Of a DNA stretch of 64,000 bases, positions 1 to 10,363 are shown piece by piece; position 1 is the stretch's first letter; the number at the start of each line of letters is the position of its first letter. The notes beneath the pieces are model-generated. The model was not told where the DNA came from, made no database searches, and saw only the letters and a program-made list of their open reading frames with translations. The DNA is from Candidatus Krumholzibacteriota bacterium (GTDB lineage Bacteria > Krumholzibacteriota > Krumholzibacteriia > JAJRXK01): the NCBI GenBank assembly GCA_963764625.1, contig CAVXTH010000009.1, forward strand, positions 448,001-512,000. Reading direction: 5' to 3'. Made by a program: the position numbers and the translations under genes.

Positions 1-246
1 CCCGCAGAAAACGACGTACCGCGCCTCTTTCTGCGCCGCCGCGTGCTGGGCCAGCTTGAAGGAATCTCCGGTCGCGTCGGCATGACGGAGGATCTCGTCC
101 GCCTGGTAATGGTGTCCCAGCAGAACCACGCTGGAACCGAGGGCCGTCTTCGCCGCCGCGATCCTCAAGCCTATTTCCTTCTCGGAGAGCGCAGTGATGC
201 TCTCGGGAAGAGGGGTGTAGGTCTTTTGCATCGTCGCGTCTCGCAT
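1..246 (-). CDS. nadA: Quinolinate synthase, N-terminal part (runs off window)
   Basis: Manual translation MRDATMQK...VVLLGHHYQADEILRHADATGDSFKLAQ...RYVVFCG has the NadA HxYQ, GDS and FCG motifs; lies directly downstream of nrtR. Confidence 0.9.
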   Translation of the reverse strand, partial: MRDATMQKTYTPLPESITALSEKEIGLRIAAAKTALGSSVVLLGHHYQADEILRHADATGDSFKLAQHAAAQKEARYVVFCG

Positions 247-264
247 GAGAAACACCTCGGAATG

Positions 265-987
265 TCAGAAGGGCAGGAAGAAGCCCTTTTCACGCAAGTG
301 GAGAAAATCGACGTCTTTGAACCGGTAGAGCTCGGCCGGACGTCCCGGACCCTCCGCGCGCTTTTCTCCCACTGGCTCGACCAGATCCAGGAGCTTCAAC
401 CGACGGCGGAAATTTCGTTTGTCCAAGGAACGATGGAGCACGATCTCGTAACTCGACTGCAGTTCCTTGAGGGTGAAGGTGGCGGGCATCAGCTGAAATC
501 CCAGAGTGGTGTACTCCAGCTTCGTGCGAACCCTGGCCAGCGCCGTGTCCAACATCTCACGGTGGTCGAAGGCCATGGCGGGCAAATCATCGACCGAGAA
601 CCAGCGGGCTTCCGCTTCGAGCCGATGCAGGGTGAGAGGGCAGAGATCCGCCGCCACCAGGGCCACGTAGGCCACGCTCACCACCCGGCCGCGGGTGTCC
701 CGCTCGGGTTCGCCGAAGGTGTAGAGCTGTTCCAGGTAGACGTCGTGCACTCCGGTGGCCTCCTGCAATTCGCGCCGGGCCGCCGACTCGAGGCTCTCCT
801 CGCAGCGCACGAAACCGCCGGGCAGCGCCCAGAGACCGGCGAAGGGTTCGTCGAGACGCTTCACCAGCACGAGCTTCAACTCGCCCTCCAGCACGGTGAG
901 GATGACCGTGTCCACCGTGAGGGGGAAGGAGGGGAGCCGGCGCGCCGGGGGCAGCTCCCGTTGAGGTATGGGGGCTTTGGTCAGCAT
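265..987 (-). CDS. nrtR: NrtR-family NUDIX/wHTH transcriptional regulator
   Basis: WALPGGF Nudix box, LEQLYTFG, RDxRGRVVS, C-terminal DKRNFRR...GRPA wHTH; start uncertain. Confidence 0.9.
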   Translation of the reverse strand: MLTKAPIPQRELPPARRLPSFPLTVDTVILTVLEGELKLVLVKRLDEPFAGLWALPGGFVRCEESLESAARRELQEATGVHDVYLEQLYTFGEPERDTRGRVVSVAYVALVAADLCPLTLHRLEAEARWFSVDDLPAMAFDHREMLDTALARVRTKLEYTTLGFQLMPATFTLKELQSSYEIVLHRSLDKRNFRRRLKLLDLVEPVGEKRAEGPGRPAELYRFKDVDFLHLREKGFFLPF

Positions 988-1019
988 GACACCCACTAAA
1001 TAGTGTTCGAATGACACTT
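976..1019. promoter_or_regulatory. Two tandem NrtR-type operators
   Basis: TAGTGT-tcgaatg-ACACTT (1001-1019) and TTGGT-cagcatg-ACACC (977-993) both match the GT-N7-AC palindromic NrtR core, upstream of nrtR-nadA. Confidence 0.75.
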
Positions 1020-1179
1020 ATGCAAGCCCACGGGCCGCGGCTGCCCGGGAGGCGGCTGGCGGTCCGCGCGAATCCGCCGGATCTTGAGCCTCGCCGAGTC
1101 GTCCCCTGGCGGCACCCCTTCTGCGCCGTCGGATTCGGTTCTCCCCTCGCGCGAGGCAAGCCAAGGACAGGTGAATTTG

Positions 1180-1770
1180 ATGATGAGGAAGATCACGGGC
1201 ATTCTGGCGGTAGCGCTCACGCTGCTCGGCGCCACGCTCGCCCAGGCGGCGCAGTGGAAAGTGGATACGAACCACTCGATCCTGAGCTTCAAGGTGCGCC
1301 ATCTCTTTTCGAAAGTGGATGGACGCTTCGACGATTGGTCCGCCTCCCTGAACTTCGATCCGGATCGAATCGAAGAGGGTGGTGTCACGGTCGAGATTCA
1401 AGCCGCGAGCGTCACCACCGACAACGATCGGCGTGACGCCGATCTGCGCTCACCCAATTTTTTCGATGTGGAGAAGTACCCGACCTTGAGCTTCAAGAGC
1501 GACAAGATCACCAAGGAAGGGGACGGGTACATCCTCTATGGTGCTCTCTCCATGCACGGGGTCACCAAGGAGGTCTCGTTTCCCTTTGAATTCAACGGTT
1601 CGGGGAGCGATCCGGGCGGGAACACTCGCGCCGGATTCAGTGCCAGACTCAGCTTGAACCGCAAGGACTACGGCATGGTGTGGAATCGGGCTCTCGACTC
1701 GGGCGGAATGCTCCTCGGTGACGACGTCGACATCGACATCTCCATCGAGGCGGTGGAAAGCAAGGACTGA
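1180..1770 (+). CDS. yceI: YceI-family periplasmic lipid/polyisoprenoid-binding protein
   Basis: Signal peptide; HSxxxFxVRH, RDADLRSPNFFD and HGVTK motifs. Confidence 0.9.
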   Translation: MMRKITGILAVALTLLGATLAQAAQWKVDTNHSILSFKVRHLFSKVDGRFDDWSASLNFDPDRIEEGGVTVEIQAASVTTDNDRRDADLRSPNFFDVEKYPTLSFKSDKITKEGDGYILYGALSMHGVTKEVSFPFEFNGSGSDPGGNTRAGFSARLSLNRKDYGMVWNRALDSGGMLLGDDVDIDISIEAVESKD

Positions 1771-1797
1771 GCGACCGCGGCCTGAGCCACGGGACGC

Positions 1798-2967
1798 TCA
1801 GCGGTAGCCGACCGCCACGTACCCGACCCAGTGGTGCAGGTTGTTGGGAGCCGTCGCGCCCAAGCCCAAGATCTCATCCAGGTCGAGGGAAGTCTCCGCC
1901 ACGCTCGTTCCGTAGTCGAGCAGGGTGCCGGAAAGGGTTTTCGAATCGAGGGTTTCGCTCACGCGCGAAGCCACGTCCAACCCGAAGGGCACCGAGAAGC
2001 GGCCACACCAAGTGAGCTTGTACTGCGTCACATCCTTGTCATCGACGAGGGTGTACAGGAACTCCTTTAGTCTCTTGCGCTGAATCGGGCCCGTCAGCTC
2101 AGCTTCGGCAAGAGAGCGGTCGCGATCGACCGCTTTCGCGTAGCCATCGATGTCGGTTCCGAAGCTAGCGAAGTTGTTCCCGCCCCAGCCTGAATCACCG
2201 TAATGCACTGCGTCGGAGGATGCGATGATCGCTACGTCCTTTCCCAGAGTCCAGCCCTTCTCCTTCATGATCTGCGACAGGGCGTCGCTGACCGATTTGG
2301 AGATGCGGTCGAGAGTCTTCCAATCCATGTAGGGGACGAGAATCGGAACGATCTCGACCTGGTGGTCGACCGCCTGCAACCAGGGGACGATTCCCTCCAC
2401 GGAGTGCTCGACAGTGTGCATGTCGTTGTTCACGATGAAATCGCCTGCGGGCAGACGTGACATCAGATCTTCACGAACTGGCGAAACGCTCACCGGACCG
2501 TAGGGTCCCCGCCAGGCCTTGAAGGAATCGAAGACCAGTTGGTCACGGCAATTGAAGACACTTGCCTTGTGGAAGACCCCAAACAGGATGACGGTCTTGG
2601 CGCGAATGTGGGGAGCGAGCAGCGCGTAGAGGCGACTTGCATAGTAGTAGTCGTCGTGGGGGCAGACTCCGGCGGCGAACGGAGTGTCGGGATCCCAGCC
2701 GGTCTCGTTCTTGATCTGCAATGCGCGCGGGGCTGACAGCGCTTGGCTTTGCGTGAGGACCGAGTCCATCTGCTCCGCGGTAGTGGCATACCCCAGGTCG
2801 TCCGCGAGACCGCGCAGCTCGTCGGTGGGCTGCACCGGAACCTTGGCCAGCAGATCCTTGGGACCCACCGCCCTTGTGGGCGGGGTCATCATCCGGGACC
2901 CGATGGGAAGGGACGAAAGAAAGAAAAGGAAGGGCAGAAGAGCGAATGTTCGCCGCGCTGAACTCAT
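1798..2967 (-). CDS. AmmeMemoRadiSam system protein B (Memo family)
   Basis: PHDDY, EHSVE, SSDAVHYG and TWCG motifs. Confidence 0.85.
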   Translation of the reverse strand: MSSARRTFALLPFLFFLSSLPIGSRMMTPPTRAVGPKDLLAKVPVQPTDELRGLADDLGYATTAEQMDSVLTQSQALSAPRALQIKNETGWDPDTPFAAGVCPHDDYYYASRLYALLAPHIRAKTVILFGVFHKASVFNCRDQLVFDSFKAWRGPYGPVSVSPVREDLMSRLPAGDFIVNNDMHTVEHSVEGIVPWLQAVDHQVEIVPILVPYMDWKTLDRISKSVSDALSQIMKEKGWTLGKDVAIIASSDAVHYGDSGWGGNNFASFGTDIDGYAKAVDRDRSLAEAELTGPIQRKRLKEFLYTLVDDKDVTQYKLTWCGRFSVPFGLDVASRVSETLDSKTLSGTLLDYGTSVAETSLDLDEILGLGATAPNNLHHWVGYVAVGYR

Positions 2968-3114
2968 GGGATTCTAGCCTCCTCGAACTCCGACTCCGCA
3001 AGAACTTGAAGCTATCCCGTAAGATAGTACCTTCTATCGAATCCCTCAACGGGTCCGGACGAAGGCGATGCTGCATTCAGCCGACGAGCCCGATTCTCTC
3101 GAAAGGATCCACGG

Positions 3115-4032
3115 ATGCACTTCATCAACAACCTCATCGGTGGCGTGAGTTGGGATATTGTGATCCTCGGCGGCCTGCGGATTTTGCTCATTCTGGTGAT
3201 GTTCTGGGTCGCAATGAGCGTGGTCAAGATGGGTCTCAAGCGCCTGGAAGAGAACCTGGTGCGTCGCGGCAAGGAATCCGGAGACATCGCCAACGAGGCG
3301 GAGAAGCGCGCGGAAACCCTGGTGCGGCTTCTGCGTCAGGCTGTGATCATCATGATGTGGGTGATGGCTGTTCTGGTGATCCTGCGCCAATTCGGGGTGG
3401 AGATCGGCCCCATCCTGGCGAGCGCCGGGGTGGCTGGAGTCGCGATCGGTTTCGGCGCCCAGAATCTGGTGCGCGACATCATCGCCGGTTTCTTCATGAT
3501 CCTGGAGAACCAGGTCCGCGTGGGGGACGTGGCCATCCTCAATGGAACCGGCGGGCTGGTGGAGCAGATCAATTTTCGCACCATCGTCCTGCGCGACCTT
3601 TCCGGCACCGTGCACGTGTTTCCCAACGGCACGGTGACCACGATGTCCAACCTCACCCGCGAGTGGTCCGCATACGTCTTCGACCTCGGCGTCGCATACA
3701 AGGAGGACGTCGATCAGGTGATCGAGTTGATCAAACAGGTCGGGGCCGAGCTGCGCAAGGATCCCGAATTCGGGAAATTGATGGTCGATGACATCGAGGT
3801 GTTCGGGGTGGATAACTTCGCTGACTCCGCGGTGGTCATCAAGGGCCGTCTGCGCACGCGCCCGATCAAGCAGTGGGCCGTCGGCCGCGAGTTCCGCCGC
3901 CGCATCAAGCACGCTTTCGACGAGGCGGGCGTCGAGATCCCGTTCCCACATCGCTCGATCTACTTCGGCGAGGCGAGCGAGCCCATCCTGGCGAAGCTGG
4001 TGAATGCACGCTCCGAGGCCAAGACCGAGTGA
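3115..4032 (+). CDS. MscS-family mechanosensitive channel
   Basis: GVAGVAIGFGAQNLVRD, ENQVRVGD, FPNG, GVEIPFP. Confidence 0.9.
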   Translation: MHFINNLIGGVSWDIVILGGLRILLILVMFWVAMSVVKMGLKRLEENLVRRGKESGDIANEAEKRAETLVRLLRQAVIIMMWVMAVLVILRQFGVEIGPILASAGVAGVAIGFGAQNLVRDIIAGFFMILENQVRVGDVAILNGTGGLVEQINFRTIVLRDLSGTVHVFPNGTVTTMSNLTREWSAYVFDLGVAYKEDVDQVIELIKQVGAELRKDPEFGKLMVDDIEVFGVDNFADSAVVIKGRLRTRPIKQWAVGREFRRRIKHAFDEAGVEIPFPHRSIYFGEASEPILAKLVNARSEAKTE

Positions 4033-4036
4033 GCCC

Positions 4037-4729
4037 TCAGCCCGGGCCTTTCCGCTGCTGTGGATTCCACACCGCGATGGCGTCGAGACCTTTGCGCTGA
4101 AGATCGGGGACTTCACAGCCGGCGGCCGGGTAACCCACCGGAAACAGGATGTAGGGTTTCTCGTTGCGGGGCCGGCCCAGGATCTCGCTCAGAAAGCCCA
4201 TCGGGCTGGGGGTGTGGGTGAGGGTGGCGAGCCCCATCCGGTGCAGCGCGGTGATGAAGAGCCCGCAGGCCAGACCCACGCTCTCGCTCACGTAGTAGTT
4301 CTTGCACTTCTGGCCGTCCGGGGAGAGCGAATAGCTCTCGGCGAAGACCACCACCAGCCAGGGGACCACCTCCAGGTAGGGTTTCTGCCAGTCGGTGCCC
4401 AAGGGCTGCACGGCCTCGATCCACTCTTTGGGCATGCGCCCCTGCTCATACGAAGCGTACTCCTCTCGTTCGGCCGCCAGGCGGATTTCGCGCTGTAGCC
4501 GGGGATCGTCGATCGCGACGAACTTCCAGGGTTGGCGATGGGCTCCACTGGGGGCGGTGGAGGCGGTACGGATGGCCAATTCGATCATCTCACGCGGGAC
4601 CGGATCGTCGCTGAAGTGCCGAACACTGCGCCGTCGGTCCATTTCGTCAAAGAAGGCGTGCCCTCTGCGCAGGGCTTCCTCGAGCTCGAGCCGCTTGGGG
4701 CGATAGGGCAGAAAGCCGGGTCGGTTCAC
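4037..4729 (-). CDS. Nitroreductase family, iodotyrosine deiodinase-like
   Basis: RRSVRHFS, TAPSGAHRQPW, LTHTPSPM; start taken at GTG 4729. Confidence 0.85.
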   Translation of the reverse strand: MNRPGFLPYRPKRLELEEALRRGHAFFDEMDRRRSVRHFSDDPVPREMIELAIRTASTAPSGAHRQPWKFVAIDDPRLQREIRLAAEREEYASYEQGRMPKEWIEAVQPLGTDWQKPYLEVVPWLVVVFAESYSLSPDGQKCKNYYVSESVGLACGLFITALHRMGLATLTHTPSPMGFLSEILGRPRNEKPYILFPVGYPAAGCEVPDLQRKGLDAIAVWNPQQRKGPG

Positions 4730-4854
4730 GGACGGGTCCCCCTTGGCTGGTGCTCTGACGGGTCGCATCACCTTACTCCCAGCTGCGACTGCGGACCAAG
4801 CCTCCAGCCAGCTCGGGGGCCGGGCCGAAAGTTCGGGATTTTTTCCGCAACCCA

Positions 4855-4879
4855 GGTGTATTATGCTCCGTAATACACC
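4855..4879. promoter_or_regulatory. YtrA-type GntR operator palindrome
   Basis: Perfect GGTGTATTA-N7-TAATACACC ending 1 nt before the GntR ATG. Confidence 0.8.
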
Positions 4880-4880
4880 C

Positions 4881-5282
4881 ATGTTCGCCGACCTCACCTT
4901 CGCCTTTCTCCTCGATCCCAATTCGGGGAACCCGCTGTACCGGCAGCTAATGGACCATTTGCGCCTCGAACTCTTCGCTGGGCGCCTACAACCGGGAACC
5001 ATGCTGCCTTCGGTGCGCCAACTGGCCCGCGAGCTCTCGATCAACCCCATGACCGTCTCCAAGGCCTACTCCCGCCTGCACGAGGAGGGAGCGTTGGAGC
5101 GCGTCCCCGGACTGGGCATGCGCGTCCCGCAGGACTCGGACCGCGGCCTCCAGGAACGCTTGCGCCGGGAGCTGCTACCCCGGCTCCAGGAAGTGGTGGA
5201 GCTGGCCGGAAAGGCCGGCCTCTCGCGTTCCCAGCTCTTGAGCCTCATCGAACCCCTGCTGGAGGATCTGAACCATGAGTGA
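4881..5282 (+). CDS. GntR-family regulator, YtrA subfamily
   Basis: PLYRQL...LPSVRQLARELSINPMTVSKAYSRL; short C-terminal domain; precedes an ABC ATPase. Confidence 0.9.
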   Translation: MFADLTFAFLLDPNSGNPLYRQLMDHLRLELFAGRLQPGTMLPSVRQLARELSINPMTVSKAYSRLHEEGALERVPGLGMRVPQDSDRGLQERLRRELLPRLQEVVELAGKAGLSRSQLLSLIEPLLEDLNHE

Positions 5283-6156
5283 AATCGTTCTTTTGGCGCA
5301 CGAGGTGGAGAAGCGCTTCGGCGAGAGACGCGTGCTCAACGGAGTGGACTGGGAGGTTCCCCGCGGCTCGATCGTCGGTCTCTTGGGACGCAACGCGGCC
5401 GGCAAGACCACACTTCTCAAGTTGGTGTTGGGACTCTTGCGTGCCGACCACGGTCAGATCGAACTGTTGGGCGAGGATCCCTGGGAATTCTCCGATGCGA
5501 CCAAGGCGAGGATCGGGTACGTGCCCCAGGAGTATCACCCCTATCCCTGGATGACGCCGCGGGAAGTGCTCGATTACATCGCCGCGTTCTATCCCCACTG
5601 GGACGCCCTGCTGATCGACGAGTTGATCCACCGCTGGCAGTTGGACACCGATCAACCGACCAAGGACCTCTCGGTGGGACAGCGGCAGAAACTCGGTTTG
5701 CTCGCGGCTCTGGGCAATCGCCCCGAGCTCTTGATTCTGGACGAGCCGGCCGCGAGTTTGGATCCGGCGGCACGACGCGCCTTCCTCGAGTTGATTCTGG
5801 AAGTGGTGAGTGAGGGCGAGCGCACCGTCATCTTCTCGACCCACATCCTCAGTGATCTCGAGCGCGTCGCCGATCGTGTCGCCATCCTTCGCGATGGGCG
5901 CATCGTCTACGACGATGAACTCGATTCTCTCAAAGACCGGGTCAAGAGAATGCGGATCATCGCTTCCTCCGATCTACCGCGCGATCTCGGTATCCCCGGA
6001 CTCTTGCAGTCCAAAGTGCGCGGGCGCGAGGCGGTGATCAGTGTGATCTGCGAGAACGGCTCTTTGGCCAAGGAACTGGAGCGGCGCTTCGCCGCACAGG
6101 TTCAGGTTCAAGAACTGAATCTGGAGGACATCTTCCTGGAGATGAGCCATGAGTAA
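5275..6156 (+). CDS. ABC transporter ATP-binding protein
   Basis: GRNAAGKTT Walker A, LSVGQRQK signature, LILDEP. Confidence 0.92.
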   Translation: MSEIVLLAHEVEKRFGERRVLNGVDWEVPRGSIVGLLGRNAAGKTTLLKLVLGLLRADHGQIELLGEDPWEFSDATKARIGYVPQEYHPYPWMTPREVLDYIAAFYPHWDALLIDELIHRWQLDTDQPTKDLSVGQRQKLGLLAALGNRPELLILDEPAASLDPAARRAFLELILEVVSEGERTVIFSTHILSDLERVADRVAILRDGRIVYDDELDSLKDRVKRMRIIASSDLPRDLGIPGLLQSKVRGREAVISVICENGSLAKELERRFAAQVQVQELNLEDIFLEMSHE

Positions 6157-7575
6157 CGCCCATACCGCGGCTCTTCGCGACTACGCGCGACGCGTCCGTT
6201 TTCCTCTGGCGCTCCTCCTTTCGTTCGTGCTCTTGACGATCGTGGGGGAGGGCCACCTGAAAGGCAAGGAGTGGGCGGGCCAAACCGGCTTTCTGATCAC
6301 CGGCATGCTGCTCATGATGTGGACGGGGCTGGTGAGTGGACACCTGAAGCAGGTTCTGGCGCGTCCCGAAGGGCAGGCTCGTGCCCCGCTTCGCACCGGT
6401 TCAGCTCGGGGTGGCGCTGCTGCTCGTTCTCCCCGCGCTTCTGCTCGCGATCGGTGGATCTCTCCTCGCCGGGCTCAGTCTCGTCGCTTCGCTCGCGCTC
6501 TCACTCTTCATCTTCAGTGTCTACTGGAGCTGGCCCTACTTCGTTGAGCACGGGAACACCCTCATGCTCTTAGGTCCCTCGCTGGTGTTCTGGGTCTCAC
6601 TGCTCACCGACCTTCACAGCCCGCGGACCTGGAACGCCTGGATCGAGTTCTGCGGAAACTTTCAGAGCGGGTGGCTGGTGGCCATCGTCGTCTCGCTCGT
6701 GCTCACCGTGTTCACGGTGCGCCGGATGTTGCATCTGAGCGAGAGCAATTTCGAATACCATCACGACCCCTCGATCTGCTGGCGCGGCGGCTCGAGCCCC
6801 GATTCCGGTACGCCGTTCATCGGCTTCTTCGTTCATCTCCTGCCCTGGCTGGGCCGATACTCGTTGAGGCCACGCCTCAGCGTGTACCGCTCGGGGGCCT
6901 TGCGGCGTATCGCACACTGGCGAAGGGGCATGGGGCCCCGCTCTCCCCTGGTGAGTGGGCTGGCCATGGCGGTGCTTGATGGCCCTGATGGGAGCGTTCT
7001 TTCTGGCGTACCACGAGAGGCATGGGCATGCGGAAACCGGGCTGATGTTCGTCTACTTGGTCATGCTCCCCTTCAGCCGCTATGGACACACGCATCGGCG
7101 GCGTGCCCGCGTGGAACGCGAAGCTCTCTTTCCCGTCGCCCGCGCGCAGCTGGTACGTGAGCTGGGAATGGCTTCGGCACTCGACATTTTGGCAAGCTGG
7201 TTCTGTCTCTGTCTCGCAACCCTGGCGCTGCGGACGGTCGGCCTCTTTGGCACCGTGTCCTGGGGATCGATTCCGTACCTCATGTCGCTCTCTCTGGGCA
7301 CCACTCTGTTGGGGATTGGAATCTCTCCGTGGTTTCTCCGACTCAACGGCGACAAGCTACCCTCGTTGCTCTTGAGTTTTCTCGTGCTCATCGTGGGCGT
7401 GTGCGCCGTTCTCCCCTTGCGGTCGTCGGTGGGTTACCGCGCGTGGGAGGCCTGGCTCTCGGTGGTTCTCGTGCTCTCGGGCCTGGGAGTCCTCGGCAGC
7501 CTACCTGGGGTATCGGAGCTGGAGCGATCTCGAGCTGGGGCGCAGCGATCTGTGGTAGAAGGCTTCAGCTCTTGA
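6149..7575 (+). CDS. ABC permease-like membrane protein, broken by apparent frameshifts
   Basis: Hydrophobic segments continue across three overlapping frames (6149, 6381, 6955); operon position. Confidence 0.6.
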
Positions 7576-8405
7576 GGAAATAGGGAACGAAACTGACGAG
7601 CGAGAGCACGACGGAGAGAATCGATCCCAGCGCGAGGACCAGGGCGCAGGTCACCACCCCGATGCCTTCGCGGTGTTCGGCCTCGGGCAAGAAGAAGCGC
7701 GCAGTGAGATAGCCGAACCCGAAGCCACCGAGGTGGGCCAGGTTGTTCGTGCGCGAGCCCATGAATCCCAATACGAGTAGGAGCCCAGCCCACATCAGGG
7801 CCTGACGGGTGATCGCATCGCCCAGATGGCCTCCGTGGGCGCGTCCGTAGATCACGGTCGCGGCCAAGAAGTCCGAAGATTCCTCCCGATGCTCCGACGG
7901 TGGGAGCGCCACTGACGAGATCGGAGACGAGGAACCCGCCGATCGATGCCACCATGAAGATGACGAAGTAGCGGGCCGGACCGAAGCTGTCGTCGATGGT
8001 GGGACCGATGCTGCGAATCCATAACAGATTGAAGCCGATGTGCAACAGACCGCCGTGTAGGAAGGTCGCTGATAACATGGTGTACCAGTGACCATGGCTG
8101 GCGGCCGCGCCCGAGGTCATCCCCAACATGAGGAGCGATCGGCCCGAAGGCGAGAGCATGCCGAAGATCCCACCCTGCGAGGACAGCGCGGCCCTCGGGT
8201 CGAGCGCAAGAGAGATCAGATAGAGCAGAATGCAGAACCAGGTGATGCCCGCGGTGGGATCGATCGATTCCAAAAGATGCGAGAGCGTCGAGGCATAGCC
8301 GAACATTCCCGGCTGCCAGCGGCGGCAAAAGGGACACCGCTCTTCATTGACGTCGATGAGTTTGCCGCAGGACGGACAGACGATGGAACCGCTGGTTTGA
8401 CGCAT
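7565..8405 (-). CDS. Rhomboid intramembrane protease with N-terminal zinc ribbon (frameshift near 7860)
   Basis: CPSCG..CPFC, FLHGGLLHIGFN, GASG, then NLAHLGG in a second frame. Confidence 0.85.
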
Positions 8406-8454
8406 GGAGCTTCAGGGCCTCGGCCGTAGGCTGCCGGGCGGTCGCACCCTTTCT

Positions 8455-9015
8455 CTAGAGGACGGCTTCGACCGAGCTGATCTCGGGAATGAAATGACGC
8501 AGCCGCGCCTCGATGCCCTGCTTGAGCGTCATGGTGGAGCTGGGGCAGCCGCCACATGCTCCCTGCATCTTCAAATAGACCACTCCCTCGCGATAGTCCA
8601 CGAAGACCACGTCGCCGCCATCCATTGCCACCGCGGGACGAATCTGGTCGTCGAGAATCTCTTTGATGCGACCGACGATGGCGCCCTCGCCTTTGGCGTG
8701 ATCGTCGTGCCCACCGGGAACCGCGGCTTCACCCGAGCGGAGGAAGTCACGAATGGCCTCGGAAACCCGTGGCGTCATCTCTTCCCACAAGCCCTCCGCG
8801 TTCGCAGTGACCGTGACCAGGTTTTGACTCACGAAGACTCCCTCGACGCCATCGACGTCGAAGACCCGCTTCGCCAGGGGGGAACGCAGCGCCGACTGGG
8901 GATCGCGAAAATCCGCGCTTCCGGTGGGCAGGAGAGTGCGTTCGGTGAGAAATTTCATGCTGCGGGGATTGGGAGTCCCCTGCACATGGATGGGGATCAG
9001 TGCCTCGGTACTCAT
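8455..9015 (-). CDS. Nfu/NifU-like Fe-S carrier
   Basis: TPNP N-terminal domain; DGGD and GACGGCPSS motifs. Confidence 0.9.
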   Translation of the reverse strand: MSTEALIPIHVQGTPNPRSMKFLTERTLLPTGSADFRDPQSALRSPLAKRVFDVDGVEGVFVSQNLVTVTANAEGLWEEMTPRVSEAIRDFLRSGEAAVPGGHDDHAKGEGAIVGRIKEILDDQIRPAVAMDGGDVVFVDYREGVVYLKMQGACGGCPSSTMTLKQGIEARLRHFIPEISSVEAVL

Positions 9016-9075
9016 GACCTTCCTTTAGGACTCAGGGAATGTCACCCCGGGATCGCCCGGTTCGCATGTCTATAT

Positions 9076-10191
9076 CTAATGCGAAGCGGCCGGCTTGGCT
9101 TCCTCCGATTGCGGCCACGCCCACACTCCGGGGATTTCACGCCCGCAGCTGGGGCAGGTTCCTTCGTTCTGCTCGTCGATCGCGAGTGCTCGCAGTTCGA
9201 CCTCAAATCCACGGCGCTCCACCAGGGTGGTGCCGCAATCGGGACAGAACGTCGATTCTCGCGGGTCCTTCTTGCCCGCCAGGTTGCCCAGATAGACGTA
9301 GCGAAGCCCTTCCTCGCGGGCGATTTCCCAGGCGCGGCCCAGAAGAGCACTTGAGGTGGCGGCGCGGTCGTTCATGCGATAGTCGGGGTGAAACGCGGTT
9401 AGATGCCAGGGAATCTCCTGGTCGAGACCGGCCAAGAACCGCGCCATCTCGCGAATCTCTCTTTCGTCGTCGTTGAACTCGGGAACCAGCAGGGTCACCA
9501 CCTCGACCCAGTAGCCCATCTGCTTCACGCTCTCCAGAGTTCTCAGCACGGCCTTCAGAGTGCCTCCGAGCTGGCGGTAGTCGGCGTCGCGGAAGCTCTT
9601 GAGGTCGACCTTGAACAGATCGAGTCGAGGTCGCAAGAACTCGAGGACTTCAGGGGTAGCGTTCCCGTTGCTCACGAATCCGCAGAGCATCCCCGCCGCT
9701 TTGGCTTCGTCGAAGACCGCCGCCGCCCACTCCGCGGTGATCAGCGGTTCGTTGTAGGTGCTGACCACCACCCGGCTACCCGCGCGGCGGGCCGCTTCCA
9801 CGATCTCCTTGGGGGTGCACTCGTGAAAGGAGGCGACGGCGTTCTCATCCCGTAGGGTCTGCGAGCTGATCCAGTTCTGGCAGTATCCGCAGTGGAGATC
9901 GCAGCCGAGCATCCCGAAACTGAGCGCTGGTTCTCCGGGCAAGACGTGGTAGAAGGGTTTCTTTTCGATGGGATCGCGCGCGAGCGCGTGCACGTAGCCG
10001 AAGGGCACGCGTAGCTCACCTTCTTGCAGGAAGCGCACGCGGCACACGCCGCTGCGATCCTTCGACAGACGACAGCGGTGCCCGCAGGCCAGGCAGCGCA
10101 GTCGACCTTGGCCCAGGTCCTCCACCAGCGCCCCGGCGGCGCTCGCCGTGTGCTGGGAGAGGAGTTCCTCAAGACCGGAGTTTGGGCTCAT
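9076..10191 (-). CDS. AmmeMemoRadiSam system radical SAM enzyme
   Basis: DPIEKKP, CDLHCGYCQN, YNEP, FHPDY, C-terminal CPxC. Confidence 0.9.
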   Translation of the reverse strand: MSPNSGLEELLSQHTASAAGALVEDLGQGRLRCLACGHRCRLSKDRSGVCRVRFLQEGELRVPFGYVHALARDPIEKKPFYHVLPGEPALSFGMLGCDLHCGYCQNWISSQTLRDENAVASFHECTPKEIVEAARRAGSRVVVSTYNEPLITAEWAAAVFDEAKAAGMLCGFVSNGNATPEVLEFLRPRLDLFKVDLKSFRDADYRQLGGTLKAVLRTLESVKQMGYWVEVVTLLVPEFNDDEREIREMARFLAGLDQEIPWHLTAFHPDYRMNDRAATSSALLGRAWEIAREEGLRYVYLGNLAGKKDPRESTFCPDCGTTLVERRGFEVELRALAIDEQNEGTCPSCGREIPGVWAWPQSEEAKPAASH

Positions 10192-10363
10192 CTTGCGCCT
10201 CCTGGCGCGGAATTCCGCGCACTGCGCCATGAAAGTCCAAAGCCTCGTCCCAAGCAAGGTTCTTGGCGAAGGCGCGGCAAGATCCATACTTGGGCTTTCA
10301 TCCCCGGCGGGATCGAAGCTACACTCATAGACCTCTCCCTAAGGGTTTTGGAGGCAGATTCGT

